Assembly: GCA_021817845.1 (NCBI GenBank)
Contig: JAKAFW010000003.1
Location: forward strand, 54,586 to 118,585
Source of the DNA: Bacteroidota bacterium
Lineage (GTDB): Bacteria; Bacteroidota; Ignavibacteria; Ignavibacteriales; Ignavibacteriaceae
DNA: 64,000 nt
Reading direction: 5' to 3'
The notes beneath the pieces were generated by a model. It saw only the letters and a program-made list of their open reading frames with translations. It was not told where the DNA came from and searched no databases. The position numbers were made by a program, and so were the translations under genes. The first letter of the stretch is position 1, and the number at the start of each line of letters is the position of its first letter. Positions 47,478 to 57,633 of this stretch are shown one piece after another.

Positions 47478-48467
47478 ATGCAAAACTTTCCACTGCCGAG
47501 AATTGATTCGGATGAAGATTTACAAAAGCTTTTACTCCCTTATTGCAGATTAAAAAAGGGTGACCTTTGGATTGACCCAACTGGCAAACATAAAATCGGC
47601 TGCCTTGACGCCGGAAATGCTTCTGAAATAAACCAACTCATGAATGGGGGATCTGCCTCGCTTGCTGTGCAAGATCCTCCCTATAATTTTGTCGCTTTTG
47701 AAGAAATGGAAGAGAAGAGATTTGTCGACTGGTGCGTGAATTGGATTAAAAATTCCTTTAATTCATTAAGCGAAAATTCCTCCTTGTACGTTTGGCTTGG
47801 CGCTGATCAGAAAAATCATCTTCAACCGCTTCCCGATTTTCTTCTAATGATGCAAAATAGCGGATTTCATTCCCGTAGCTTTATCACCATGCGAAACCAG
47901 CGAGGTTACGGCACGCAAAAAAATTGGATGTCTGTTAGACAGGAACTTTTATACTATACAAAGGGCGACCCTGTTTTTAATGTTAATGCGGAATACACTG
48001 ATATTCCTAAAATATTAAAAGGATACTATAAGTTAGTTGCTGGAGAAGTAAAGGAGAATTCCGAAAGAAGTAAATCTGAATTTATTCGTGCTGGAAATGT
48101 CTGGGTTGATATTCAACAAGTGTTTTATAGGATGGAAGAAAATGTTAACGGGTGTTATGCTCAAAAACCTCTCAAAGCTATCGAAAGAATAATAAATGCG
48201 AGTAGTGATCAGAATGATATAGTCCTGGATTTGTTTTCGCATTCTGGCACTACATTATTAGCGGCTGAAATAAATAATAGAAGATGCTTTACCTCTGATT
48301 TAAACCCTGTATTCTGTGAAATTACTCTGCGTCGCCTGGAAAATTATAGGAGCAATCGTAAGACCGGTTGGCAGAATTCTAATCCCTTTGCCGAAGAAAT
48401 ATTAGGAGATAAAAAGTTAAAAGAATATTTGGATAGTTGTTTAGATTTGAATTCAAATAATCATTAA
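47478..48467 (+). CDS. DNA methyltransferase, N6-adenine/N4-cytosine, beta-class motif order
   Basis: Catalytic DPPY (LAVQDPPYNF) precedes the SAM motif VLDLFSHSGTTLLAA. 329 aa. 5-nt gap after ymdB. Confidence 0.75.
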   Translation: MQNFPLPRIDSDEDLQKLLLPYCRLKKGDLWIDPTGKHKIGCLDAGNASEINQLMNGGSASLAVQDPPYNFVAFEEMEEKRFVDWCVNWIKNSFNSLSENSSLYVWLGADQKNHLQPLPDFLLMMQNSGFHSRSFITMRNQRGYGTQKNWMSVRQELLYYTKGDPVFNVNAEYTDIPKILKGYYKLVAGEVKENSERSKSEFIRAGNVWVDIQQVFYRMEENVNGCYAQKPLKAIERIINASSDQNDIVLDLFSHSGTTLLAAEINNRRCFTSDLNPVFCEITLRRLENYRSNRKTGWQNSNPFAEEILGDKKLKEYLDSCLDLNSNNH

Positions 48468-48501
48468 ATTTGTTTATAAAAATTATCAACGAAAAGAAGA
48501 A

Positions 48502-49380
48502 ATGATTTTAATTGATGGTAAAAAAACTGCCTCTGAAATTAGAAATGAACTGAAGATTGAAATTTCAAGGCTTGTCGAATTAGGAAAAAATATCCCCGGT
48601 TTAGTCGCAATATTGGTTGGCGAAAACCCTGCATCGGAAATTTATGTGCGAAGTAAGGCTAAGGCTTGCGAGGAGATTGGAATGAGGAGTAAGGTTGAAA
48701 AGCTAGGCGCAAACATTGATGAAGAGGAGCTTCTTGCCCTTGTGAGTAAATATAATAACGATAATAATTACCATGGAATCTTAGTCCAACTTCCGCTCCC
48801 GAAACATATCAGTGAAGATAAAGTTATTGAAGCAATTTCTCCCAGGAAAGATGTCGACGGCTTTCATCCCATAAGCATTGGCAATTTGGTAATCGGTAAA
48901 GATACTTTTGTCTCTTGTACTCCCGCGGGCATACAAGAGCTCTTAATACGATATAAAATTGAAACAAAAGGAAAGCATGTTGTTGTTTTAGGTAGAAGTA
49001 ATATTGTCGGCAAACCTATCGCTAATATTATGCTTCAAAAAAAAGAGGGAGCAAATTCAATTGTTACTGTCTGCCATTCTGCTACAAAAAATATTTCCTA
49101 CTTTACCCGGCAAGCCGATATACTAATCGCTGCGATCGGCAGTCCAAATTTTGTCAAATCTGATATGGTCAAAGAAGGCGTGGTCGTAATTGATGTAGGT
49201 ATAAATCGTGTCGAAGATAAAAATTCTAAAAAAGGATACAGAGTTGTTGGTGATGTTGACTTTGAGTCGGTTGCTCCGTTGTCATCTTTTATTACCCCCG
49301 TTCCCGGAGGTGTGGGACCAATGACCATTGCGATGCTTCTCAAAAATACTTTTAAAGCCTATCTGAAAATTGGAGGGTAA
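48502..49380 (+). CDS. folD: Bifunctional methylenetetrahydrofolate dehydrogenase/cyclohydrolase
   Basis: YVRSKAKACEEIGM, LVQLPLP, GRSNIVGKP, PGGVGPMT motifs. Confidence 0.95.
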   Translation: MILIDGKKTASEIRNELKIEISRLVELGKNIPGLVAILVGENPASEIYVRSKAKACEEIGMRSKVEKLGANIDEEELLALVSKYNNDNNYHGILVQLPLPKHISEDKVIEAISPRKDVDGFHPISIGNLVIGKDTFVSCTPAGIQELLIRYKIETKGKHVVVLGRSNIVGKPIANIMLQKKEGANSIVTVCHSATKNISYFTRQADILIAAIGSPNFVKSDMVKEGVVVIDVGINRVEDKNSKKGYRVVGDVDFESVAPLSSFITPVPGGVGPMTIAMLLKNTFKAYLKIGG

Positions 49381-50217
49381 ATGGAAAATGAATTAAAATA
49401 TCAACAAGCATCGTTCACGGATGTAGAAAAAATTTATTTGGATTTTCTTGGATCGGATGAGACTTTCTTAAAGTGGCTATCGGCTGATAGTACTGAATTC
49501 CTTATTGATAAAAACTCACAACAAGTTTTCTCGGACCACAAATCAAAATATGAACCTCTTAATAATTCCGTTTTGGCAAAAGCTATAGATCATACTTTGT
49601 TAAAACCGGATGCTACTTCTGACGAAGTTCAAATCCTTTGTTCGGAAGCGAAACAATTTCAGTTTGCTTCTGTTTGTATAAATCCTTGTTTTGTGGACTT
49701 CTGTTCGCATGAATTAGCTGGATCGAGTGTTAAAGTTTGTACTGTTATTGGTTTTCCACTTGGCGCAAATATAACTTCTATAAAGAGAAAAGAAGCTGAA
49801 ACTGCTATTGAAGCAGGCGCTCAGGAAGTTGATATGGTAATAAATATTGGCAGTCTTAAGAGCAGAAATTACGATTATGTACTTAAAGATATAGCTGAAG
49901 TAGTCTATGCTGCAAAAACTAAAAATGTTTTAATCAAGGTTATAATTGAAACTGCTTTACTTTCTGATGATGAAAAAATCAAAGCTTGTATGATCTCAAA
50001 AAAAGCAGGAGCTGACTTTGTCAAAACTTCTACCGGATTTAGCAAAGGGGGAGCAACTGTTCACGATGTTGCCTTGATGAAATTTGTCGTGGGAAATCTT
50101 CTCGGCGTAAAAGCTTCGGGCGGTATTAAAAATCGTGAAGATGCAATTTCAATGCTAATGAACGGCGCCTCAAGAATCGGAACAAGTTCCGGATTAAAAA
50201 TAGTTAACAATTCTTAA
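49381..50217 (+). CDS. deoC: Deoxyribose-phosphate aldolase (with ~60-aa N-terminal extension if the annotated start is used)
   Basis: [28 protein letters not shown] (Schiff-base Lys), VKASGGI. Confidence 0.85.
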   Translation: MENELKYQQASFTDVEKIYLDFLGSDETFLKWLSADSTEFLIDKNSQQVFSDHKSKYEPLNNSVLAKAIDHTLLKPDATSDEVQILCSEAKQFQFASVCINPCFVDFCSHELAGSSVKVCTVIGFPLGANITSIKRKEAETAIEAGAQEVDMVINIGSLKSRNYDYVLKDIAEVVYAAKTKNVLIKVIIETALLSDDEKIKACMISKKAGADFVKTSTGFSKGGATVHDVALMKFVVGNLLGVKASGGIKNREDAISMLMNGASRIGTSSGLKIVNNS

Positions 50218-50334
50218 CATATTATTTTATAAATCTGTTGTTGTGTGATTTCCAAATTTGCTCCAGTGTTAAGAGAATAATAAAATGATGATCATAAAAA
50301 TAATATTTTGAAATTGCTATTTAGGATTAAGTAG

Positions 50335-50565
50335 ATGGTCTTGGATGTTATCCTTATAAAAACCGATGATGGCTTTACTGCTGAGATTCCAAGTTTAAAT
50401 GGTTGTGAATGCTGGGCGCATGAAGAGGACGTAGCGCTTGAGAAAATAATCGAGCTTGCTTCTTATTATCTTAAAGTTGAGTTAAAAAAATTTAAACTCG
50501 ACAGGGCAAGAAGGAATAATAGCCAAACAATTTATAAATTAGTATTTGACAAAGTTGTATTGTGA
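50335..50565 (+). CDS. HicB-like / UPF0150 small protein
   Basis: 76 aa. DVILIKTDDGFTAEIPSLNGCECWAHEEDVALEKIIE fits the HicB N-terminal fold pattern. No HicA partner. 4-nt overlap with the next gene. Confidence 0.45.
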   Translation: MVLDVILIKTDDGFTAEIPSLNGCECWAHEEDVALEKIIELASYYLKVELKKFKLDRARRNNSQTIYKLVFDKVVL

Positions 50566-51152
50566 AATCTTTTAAGACTGATCACAGAGAAAAGAAAATT
50601 ATTTCGGTTGCAAATACACGCCAGAAATATTTAAGAGTGGTCCTTGAAAATATTCATGACCCGCATAATGTGAGTGCCATATTTAGAACCTGCGACGCAG
50701 CCGGAGTTCCTAAAGTATCATTGATCTATACACAAGAAAAATTCCCAAAGATTGGTAGAAAAACTTCCGGTTCCGCTTTTAAGTGGGTCGAAAGAGATAA
50801 ATTTACAAGTGTAAAGGATTGCTTTGACGATCTTCACAAAGACGGTTTTAGAATTTATGCTTCATCACTTTCCGAAGATTCAAAAAATTTCTACGATCTT
50901 GATTTTACTGAAAGATCAGCAATCGTTTTGGGAAATGAACACCGTGGAGTATCGGAAGAAGCAGCTAATTTGGCTGATGAAAAATTTTTAATCCCAATGT
51001 ACGGTATGGTACAAAGTCTAAATGTCTCGGTTGCCGCAGCTGTTATCCTTTACGAAGCGGTAAGGCAAAGAAGCAAAAAAAATCTTTATCAAAAGAGTGA
51101 ATACACCGTAGAAGAACTTAACAAACTAATTGAATTGTGGTGTAAAAAATAA
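50562..51152 (+). CDS. SpoU/TrmH family RNA 2'-O-methyltransferase
   Basis: NVSAIFRTCDAAG, LGNEHRGVS, IPMYGMVQSLNVSVAAAV motifs. Confidence 0.8.
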   Translation: MKSFKTDHREKKIISVANTRQKYLRVVLENIHDPHNVSAIFRTCDAAGVPKVSLIYTQEKFPKIGRKTSGSAFKWVERDKFTSVKDCFDDLHKDGFRIYASSLSEDSKNFYDLDFTERSAIVLGNEHRGVSEEAANLADEKFLIPMYGMVQSLNVSVAAAVILYEAVRQRSKKNLYQKSEYTVEELNKLIELWCKK

Positions 51153-51165
51153 ACAAAGTAATTAA

Positions 51166-52446
51166 ATGACTCAAGAATTTAATCCTATAAATAAAATCGA
51201 AGGCACACTTGAATTACCTGGTGATAAATCAATTTCCCACAGAGCAGTGATGTTTGCTTCTCTTGCAAAAGGGAAGTCCCATATCTATAATCTATCTAAC
51301 GGAGAAGACGTAAATTCAACTCAGAAGTGTTTTGAATCTTTAGGTATCAAGATAAAAATACAAAGTAATTTTACTGAAATTATCGGAAATGGTTATATGG
51401 GATTGCGCAAGTCCTCACATGATCTTGACGCAGGAAATTCCGGAACTACAACAAGATTAATAAGTGGAATTCTTGTTGCTCAAAATTTCAAATCAAAGAT
51501 TATTGGCGATGAGTCGCTATCAAAACGCCCAATGAAAAGAATTATCGAGCCGCTTTCATTAATGGGAGGAAAAATTCAAGGTTCTGCCAATTTTACATTA
51601 CCAATTGAAGTTTTCCCGGTTAAAGAAATTCATCCCATAAATTATGAAATGCCGGTTGCAAGCGCTCAGGTTAAAAGCGCAATAATTCTGGCAGGTCTGC
51701 ACTGCAATGGTATTATTTCTATAACTGAAAAACTTCCTTCAAGAGATCATACCGAAAGAATGCTTGGTCTTAAATCAAAAATTATTTCTACAGGTAAAAC
51801 TGTCTTCGTTTCTAAAGAAAATTATCCAGAGCCAAATGATTATTTCATCCCCTCAGATATATCAACCTCTGCTTTTTTTATTGTCCTGACGTTACTTTCA
51901 AAAAACTCTCAACTGAAAGTTAAAAATGTTTCTCTTAATGAAACGAGGACTGGAGTACTTAAAGTTTTGACAGCAATGGGAGGTAAAATTGAAATAGATA
52001 ATATAAAACAAAGCTCAGGGGAAGATTACGGAGATATAATTGCAAGCAGTAGTGAGCTAAAAAATATTGTAATCGACCAAAAAATAATTCCCAATATCAT
52101 TGATGAAATCCCCATTCTGTCAATTGCCGGAATATTTGCTGATGGGAAGTTTGAAATTAAAAATGCTTCTGAGTTAAGAGGCAAGGAAACTGATAGGATA
52201 AAATCTATTTGCCATAATCTAACAAATCTCGGATTATTCGTTGAAGAATATGAAGACGGTTTTTCTTGCTCAGGCTCAATTTCAAATTTCTATCCTGCTT
52301 TTGAAAGTTTTGGAGATCACCGGATTGCGATGGCTTTTGGGATTTTGTCCCTGCTTCTAAAAGGAGGAGGCAAGGTAGATAATTTTAACTGCGTAAATAT
52401 TTCAAACCCAAATTTTTTGACTCAGTTAAAAAGCATAACCAATTAA
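51166..52446 (+). CDS. aroA: 3-phosphoshikimate 1-carboxyvinyltransferase (EPSP synthase)
   Basis: LPGDKSISHRA, GNSGTTTRL, LRGKETDRI, DHRIAMAF motifs. 426 aa. Confidence 0.93.
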   Translation: MTQEFNPINKIEGTLELPGDKSISHRAVMFASLAKGKSHIYNLSNGEDVNSTQKCFESLGIKIKIQSNFTEIIGNGYMGLRKSSHDLDAGNSGTTTRLISGILVAQNFKSKIIGDESLSKRPMKRIIEPLSLMGGKIQGSANFTLPIEVFPVKEIHPINYEMPVASAQVKSAIILAGLHCNGIISITEKLPSRDHTERMLGLKSKIISTGKTVFVSKENYPEPNDYFIPSDISTSAFFIVLTLLSKNSQLKVKNVSLNETRTGVLKVLTAMGGKIEIDNIKQSSGEDYGDIIASSSELKNIVIDQKIIPNIIDEIPILSIAGIFADGKFEIKNASELRGKETDRIKSICHNLTNLGLFVEEYEDGFSCSGSISNFYPAFESFGDHRIAMAFGILSLLLKGGGKVDNFNCVNISNPNFLTQLKSITN

Positions 52447-52528
52447 TCTTGTTTCCGAAAATATTTAATATTTCTCGAAAAAGAAGTCTTTAACGTCATA
52501 TATCTAACTCGGAAAGTACGGCTTGTAA

Positions 52529-54163
52529 TTACAAAATAATTATCTGGTGTTCAAATTTATTTATTGCTAATTCATCGAAAACTTGGTCCAAGAATCCTTC
52601 ACCGTATTTATTCAAGAAGTATATAAAATTTATCTCTCTTTCCTGCAAAGTTGAGTGAGGATATGTAATATTTATTATTTTATCTATTTGCCGCAATGTG
52701 GTTTCATGTTTTCTCTTTTGGGCTTCAATCGATTTTAATTTGAACTCGTTTAAATACTGAGATACCTTTTGTTTGTATTTTGAACTTGCATCGCTCAGAG
52801 TTTTGTCAAAGTCAAATAGTTTCTCTTTCAAGTGATCAAATGCTGTTTCTATTGTATTAGATGTCTCTGTAAAAATATCATCAAGTGTTGTTTCAGAGAT
52901 TGAGTTGATTACTTTTTGCTTAAGTTCTTCCGGGTTGCGAAAGACATCTTGGATATTCAAAACATATTTTTCCAAAAGCAAGGTAATGTTTTTTTCAATA
53001 ATTGTAACTGAAGAACGAGGATAAATGAACGGTGCTTCTACATTGAAAAATTCATAAAGCGGCATTACTTGTGCAAAATAAGCTATCTCACTTGGTCCAC
53101 CGACGTAAAAAGCAGTCGATAAAATGTAATCCTGACAAATGGGGCGAAGCAATACGTTAGGACTGAAATTTTCAGGCTCTTTTTCTATCGTTTCAGATAA
53201 TTCATCATAAGTGAATTTTTTCCTTTTTCTCTTCAATCGGAAATCATTCTCAACCGGTTCTATCAAATATCTACCGTCCTCATTACTGTAAAATAAATTT
53301 ACCGCCTGCACCTTTACCTGAGCATGAAAAGTTTCTTCAAGTTTGGCGCTAATATTTACTATTTTCTCAGCGTGCTGGCGGAAGTCCGTAATTTCCTTTT
53401 TGAAAATTGGTTTTAATAGATTCTTTATTTTTATATCTTGAGGATCAAAAAGTATTAGCCCGTATTTATCAAAAAGCCAAAACATTAATTCTTTAAAGGA
53501 TTGTTTGAAAGACTTCCCGGTAGAGTAAAATGTCTTTAGTCTCTCTAATAAAGGTTGGGAAAATTCTGTATTTCGGAGATTCCCGGTAAGCTCTTCTAAA
53601 AAAGTATTAATTGTATCCTTGAAAATTTGGTTCCCCACACTACCATTATTTTCGTCTTCTGCTATTCCTTCTATCCCTAAATTATAAGAAATCTTTTTAA
53701 TTTCATTTGCATCATTTACCAAGCTTATCGATCTTACTTCTTCAATGTCATGGTCATCTCCTTCAAGCCAAAATACAGGGACAAAATGGAAATCATCGTA
53801 ACGATCCGAAAGAAAATTACTTAGTTTTATGGCTGTTATTATTTTATAGAAAGTATAAAGAGGTCCGCCTAAAATTCCTAATTGCTGTCCAGTGACAATA
53901 GTTAAAGTTTTTTTATCAGAAAGCAACGAGATGTTTTTTTGTGTTTTTGCCGAAGGGTTTAGTCCTTTGTATTGTCCTGTCAGGATGTTAGGCAAATCGA
54001 TTTTAAAATCTTTCTGTTGATCAGATATATTTTTGAATTTTGTTAAATATTCATCTTTGTTGTGAAAGTTGGTCTGGTAAAAATCTTTAACGTTCTCAAA
54101 TTCATAAAGATAGTCAAGAAATAGGTTTTGGCTTCCGGGAATATCACCAAAGTTAATAAACAT
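52529..54163 (-). CDS. bshC: Bacillithiol biosynthesis cysteine-adding enzyme BshC
   Basis: 544 aa. Hallmark TGQQLGILGGPLYTFYKIITAIKL segment and typical length. Confidence 0.75.
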   Translation of the reverse strand: MFINFGDIPGSQNLFLDYLYEFENVKDFYQTNFHNKDEYLTKFKNISDQQKDFKIDLPNILTGQYKGLNPSAKTQKNISLLSDKKTLTIVTGQQLGILGGPLYTFYKIITAIKLSNFLSDRYDDFHFVPVFWLEGDDHDIEEVRSISLVNDANEIKKISYNLGIEGIAEDENNGSVGNQIFKDTINTFLEELTGNLRNTEFSQPLLERLKTFYSTGKSFKQSFKELMFWLFDKYGLILFDPQDIKIKNLLKPIFKKEITDFRQHAEKIVNISAKLEETFHAQVKVQAVNLFYSNEDGRYLIEPVENDFRLKRKRKKFTYDELSETIEKEPENFSPNVLLRPICQDYILSTAFYVGGPSEIAYFAQVMPLYEFFNVEAPFIYPRSSVTIIEKNITLLLEKYVLNIQDVFRNPEELKQKVINSISETTLDDIFTETSNTIETAFDHLKEKLFDFDKTLSDASSKYKQKVSQYLNEFKLKSIEAQKRKHETTLRQIDKIINITYPHSTLQEREINFIYFLNKYGEGFLDQVFDELAINKFEHQIIIL

Positions 54164-54462
54164 TATTTCTCCAAAATTTTATATTCTTTTTAACAAACTA
54201 AGTAAAAGTTTTTTTGATAACAAATACAAATGTAGTTAAAAATGAATCTTTGAATGTATAATTATTGGTAATTCTTATCACATATTTTTCCTCCCTCTTC
54301 AATTATTTCAATGGCGAGACAGGGAAGGGTTATAAGATTCCGCATCAATGCCCGAAATAATACGGATTATTGATAACTGGAAAAGAAATCTATTTCGTAT
54401 ATTATAAAATTAAATATTAATTATTTTAACTTGACTAAATTCCGCAATAATCTTAATTAACA

Positions 54463-55347
54463 ATGAAAAGAAAAATTACTTTATTTATTTTTTTCCTACT
54501 TTGCCAGGTGAACATTGCCCAAACTAAAGATTCATCTAATTACCATTTTATATTTTTGCCAGCAGGATTAAATTTTATGCCGCTAAAAGCTGGTATAGAT
54601 GAACCAAGAATGGGTTTGTTGTATTACGCAGGTGACAAAAATATGAAAGTCGATATCGGGAATTCCGTAGATGTCTTTGCTTTTGATTTCCCTAAATCGT
54701 TAAGCCGGATAACTATAGGCGCAGACTTTATGGCTTATGCTCTTGTTACTTCTTACCTCCAATATAGACTACAAATAGATGCCATTGATGGATTCTTTGG
54801 CGGTAATATTATCTATTCTAAAAAACATTCCGGAGGAAGATTTGTTACAAGATTTCGTTATCTCCACAGCAGCGGTCATTTGGTTGACGGTCACTGGAAT
54901 AGCGAAACGGAAAGTTGGCTTAATAACCAACTACCTACTGCATACGGGAATAATTATGCTGATATTCTTTTAGCCGAAGAAAATGTTTTATCGTTTGGAG
55001 AGCTTAGATATTATGGCGGCTTCACAATGTCTACTGGCAAAAATACCGGGTATAAGTCTTTGAAGAAATATTTATACAAGGCAGGTTTTGAATTCTCGTA
55101 TAAAAATCTTTTGGGGAAGATATTTAACGGGGATGAGAATCTTTTTGTCGCTGTCAATTTAGACGTTAAAGGAATTCCGGAATATGTCGTCAACCAAAAC
55201 TATATGGCAGGCATTAAATTTGGGAGTTGGAATAATAAAGGAATAGTGTTTTATTTTTCTTATTATAATGGAGGTGATGTCTTTAGTCAATATTTTACAC
55301 AAAGGGTGTCCCGTATCGGCTTCGGCTTTATGTTTGATTTTATTTAG
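54463..55347 (+). CDS. Putative outer-membrane beta-barrel protein
   Basis: Signal peptide MKRKITLFIFFLLCQVNIAQ, alternating beta pattern, C-terminal GFGFMFDFI. Confidence 0.5.
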   Translation: MKRKITLFIFFLLCQVNIAQTKDSSNYHFIFLPAGLNFMPLKAGIDEPRMGLLYYAGDKNMKVDIGNSVDVFAFDFPKSLSRITIGADFMAYALVTSYLQYRLQIDAIDGFFGGNIIYSKKHSGGRFVTRFRYLHSSGHLVDGHWNSETESWLNNQLPTAYGNNYADILLAEENVLSFGELRYYGGFTMSTGKNTGYKSLKKYLYKAGFEFSYKNLLGKIFNGDENLFVAVNLDVKGIPEYVVNQNYMAGIKFGSWNNKGIVFYFSYYNGGDVFSQYFTQRVSRIGFGFMFDFI

Positions 55348-55370
55348 ATCACAACTGAAATTATTTCTTA

Positions 55371-56360
55371 ATGGACACAATAATAAGTTCTGTCAAAAAT
55401 TTTTATGATAAAAGAAAGCTAAAAAAGTCAGCTTTCCTTGTAATAGTCAAATTGCTGATTGCAATCGGTTTAATTTCATATATGGTTTATCATGTTAACC
55501 TAAAGGAGATTGCTACAGCATTCGAGAAAGCAGATTATAGATTTATAATTATAGCAATACTTCTCACCCTTGTAAATATTTCACTTCAATATTTCAAATG
55601 GGAGCTTACTTGTAATGCAATTCTTAAAGAATATAACAGGAAAAAGATTTTCTATTCTTTATTCTATGGATTTGCTGCAGGTCCTTTTACCCCAGCCCGT
55701 ATAGGCGAATATTTTGGGCGGGCATTGGAATTTAAAGATAAACCAATGATTCAAGTTACGGTTGCAACCCTTGTCGATAAATTTTTCCTTCTTATCATGA
55801 TAGCCTTTTTTGGTTCAATTGGCAGTATATTATTTCTTAAAGATTATTATCATGTAAACTCTTATATAATTTTCTCATTATTCGTATTAATATTCGTTTT
55901 GTCCTACTTCCTAATTATGCTAATAATAAATCCAAAGCTATGGCACAACTTTTTGACCAACCGGATGAGAAACTCTAAAAGATTTCATAATTTTTTTTCG
56001 GAAGTTCTTCTTCTAAAAGAATTAGATGGAAAGTTTTTGACTAAAATATCTTTGATTTCTTTTCTTTTTTATTCTTGTTTTGTCATCCAATTTGCTGTCC
56101 TCGCCGTCGGATTTTCACAGCACGGAAGTTTCGTCAATTTTATCTGGGCTGGAAATATGGTAATGTTTGCTAAGACAATTATCCCGCAAATTTCATTTGG
56201 CGATTTGGGTGTTAGGGAGGGTGCTTCTATCTTTTTTTTAACCAAAATGGGGCAGACGAGTTCTATCGGTTTCGATTCCGGAATTTCTTTATTCGGCATA
56301 AATGTTTTGCTGCCAGCTTTAATAGGTTTGATTTTGCTAATCAAAAAAAACAATGCTTAA
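55371..56360 (+). CDS. Flippase-like (lysylphosphatidylglycerol-synthase TM region / UPF0104) membrane protein
   Basis: 329 aa, ~8 TM. GEYFGRALE and GDLGVREG patterns typical of the family. 8-nt overlap with the downstream GT2. Confidence 0.65.
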   Translation: MDTIISSVKNFYDKRKLKKSAFLVIVKLLIAIGLISYMVYHVNLKEIATAFEKADYRFIIIAILLTLVNISLQYFKWELTCNAILKEYNRKKIFYSLFYGFAAGPFTPARIGEYFGRALEFKDKPMIQVTVATLVDKFFLLIMIAFFGSIGSILFLKDYYHVNSYIIFSLFVLIFVLSYFLIMLIINPKLWHNFLTNRMRNSKRFHNFFSEVLLLKELDGKFLTKISLISFLFYSCFVIQFAVLAVGFSQHGSFVNFIWAGNMVMFAKTIIPQISFGDLGVREGASIFFLTKMGQTSSIGFDSGISLFGINVLLPALIGLILLIKKNNA

Positions 56361-57486
56361 TATATTATTGGGATTAATATTCCTTCTCCTTTTAATGTAC
56401 TATTCATTTTTTTTGTTAGAAATATTATCCGGTCTGGATAAATTAACTTCGACAAAAGGCATATCAATCCCGGAAGAATTTATTTCCATAATTATACCTT
56501 TCAGAAATGAATCTGAAAATATTCTCGGAAGTTTGAGAAGCCTGGAAAGTCAAAATTATCCAAAAGGAAAATATGAAGTCATTTATGTCAATGATTCTTC
56601 TGATGATGATTCGCTTCAGAAAATATTATCAGCACAAAAGTCTTCAAACATTAAAGTAATTTCTGTCCCTGATGACTCGACTTATGCCCATAAAAAAAGA
56701 GCAATAAGATTCGGCATTTCTAATTCAACCGGCAGTATTATCATTACTACCGATTCCGATTGTGTACACAATAAGAAGTGGATACAACAAATGGTTTCTT
56801 GTTTTGATAAGGAAACAGGTTTTGTATCTGGCCCGGTAGAATTTATTGAAGAGAAAACTCTCTTTGAAAAATTGCAAAAGCTTGAATTCTCCGGATTGGT
56901 TTTAACCGGCGCGGGTTTGATTGGAATTAACAAGCCTGTAATTTGCAATGCTGCTAATATCGCCTATAGAAAGAATGCCTATGAAACGGTAAATGGATTT
57001 AATGACCAACTAAATCTTTCTTCCGGTGACGATGAGTTATTAATGCAAAAAATTTGGTCCAGCGGCAAATACAGGATTAAATTTTGTTGGAATCGGGAAG
57101 CAATTGTTTTAACAAAAGGCAATGATTCACTTCAAAAATTTTATCATCAGCGAAAACGATGGGCGAGTAAAGGTCTATTTTATGCCAACAAATTTTTAAT
57201 AATTAAATTGATTTTAATATTTCTGTTTTATCTAGGTCTAATCACACAAATATTTCTCTCCGTCATTCTATCACCAATTTTTCTTGTTTCCTTCATTATT
57301 AGTTTTCTTATCAAAATATCTTTTGAATATCTTATCCTCAAAAAGGGATTGAACTTTATCTTCTCAAAAAAGGTATTAAGATACCTTCCATTAGCGGAAT
57401 TATTTCAGATCCCTTATATAATTATTGCTGGTATAGCCGGTACCTTCGGAAACTATATCTGGAAGGATCGCCGAATAAAAAGATAA
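56353..57486 (+). CDS. Family 2 glycosyltransferase with C-terminal TM helices
   Basis: IIIPFRNES, VNDSSDD, TDSDC (DxD), QRKRWA (QxxRW) motifs. Confidence 0.85.
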   Translation: MLNILLGLIFLLLLMYYSFFLLEILSGLDKLTSTKGISIPEEFISIIIPFRNESENILGSLRSLESQNYPKGKYEVIYVNDSSDDDSLQKILSAQKSSNIKVISVPDDSTYAHKKRAIRFGISNSTGSIIITTDSDCVHNKKWIQQMVSCFDKETGFVSGPVEFIEEKTLFEKLQKLEFSGLVLTGAGLIGINKPVICNAANIAYRKNAYETVNGFNDQLNLSSGDDELLMQKIWSSGKYRIKFCWNREAIVLTKGNDSLQKFYHQRKRWASKGLFYANKFLIIKLILIFLFYLGLITQIFLSVILSPIFLVSFIISFLIKISFEYLILKKGLNFIFSKKVLRYLPLAELFQIPYIIIAGIAGTFGNYIWKDRRIKR

Positions 57487-57633
57487 TGTCCATTTTCCGC
57501 CTAGAAACGTGTCTATATTTCGGTTCAGATTGTTCATTTTATTATACAAAATATCTTTCTTATTCCTCATAAATCATTTAAAATCAATTGTTTTTAATGG
57601 CACAACTGTTGAGTATTCTAATTCAGTCATTCA

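Noticed and set aside
38100-48467. PD-(D/E)xK candidate (38100-39227) plus the DNA methyltransferase (47478-48467) as a restriction-modification pair
   Set aside because: They are ~8 kb apart, on opposite strands, and separated by mutS and aromatic amino-acid genes. There is no evidence of linkage.
49381-49560. ~60-aa N-terminal extension of DeoC as a novel domain
   Set aside because: It cannot be distinguished from a mis-called start. The conserved aldolase core begins near residue 65. The extension has no motif, although the TAA-ATG junction with folD keeps the long form possible.
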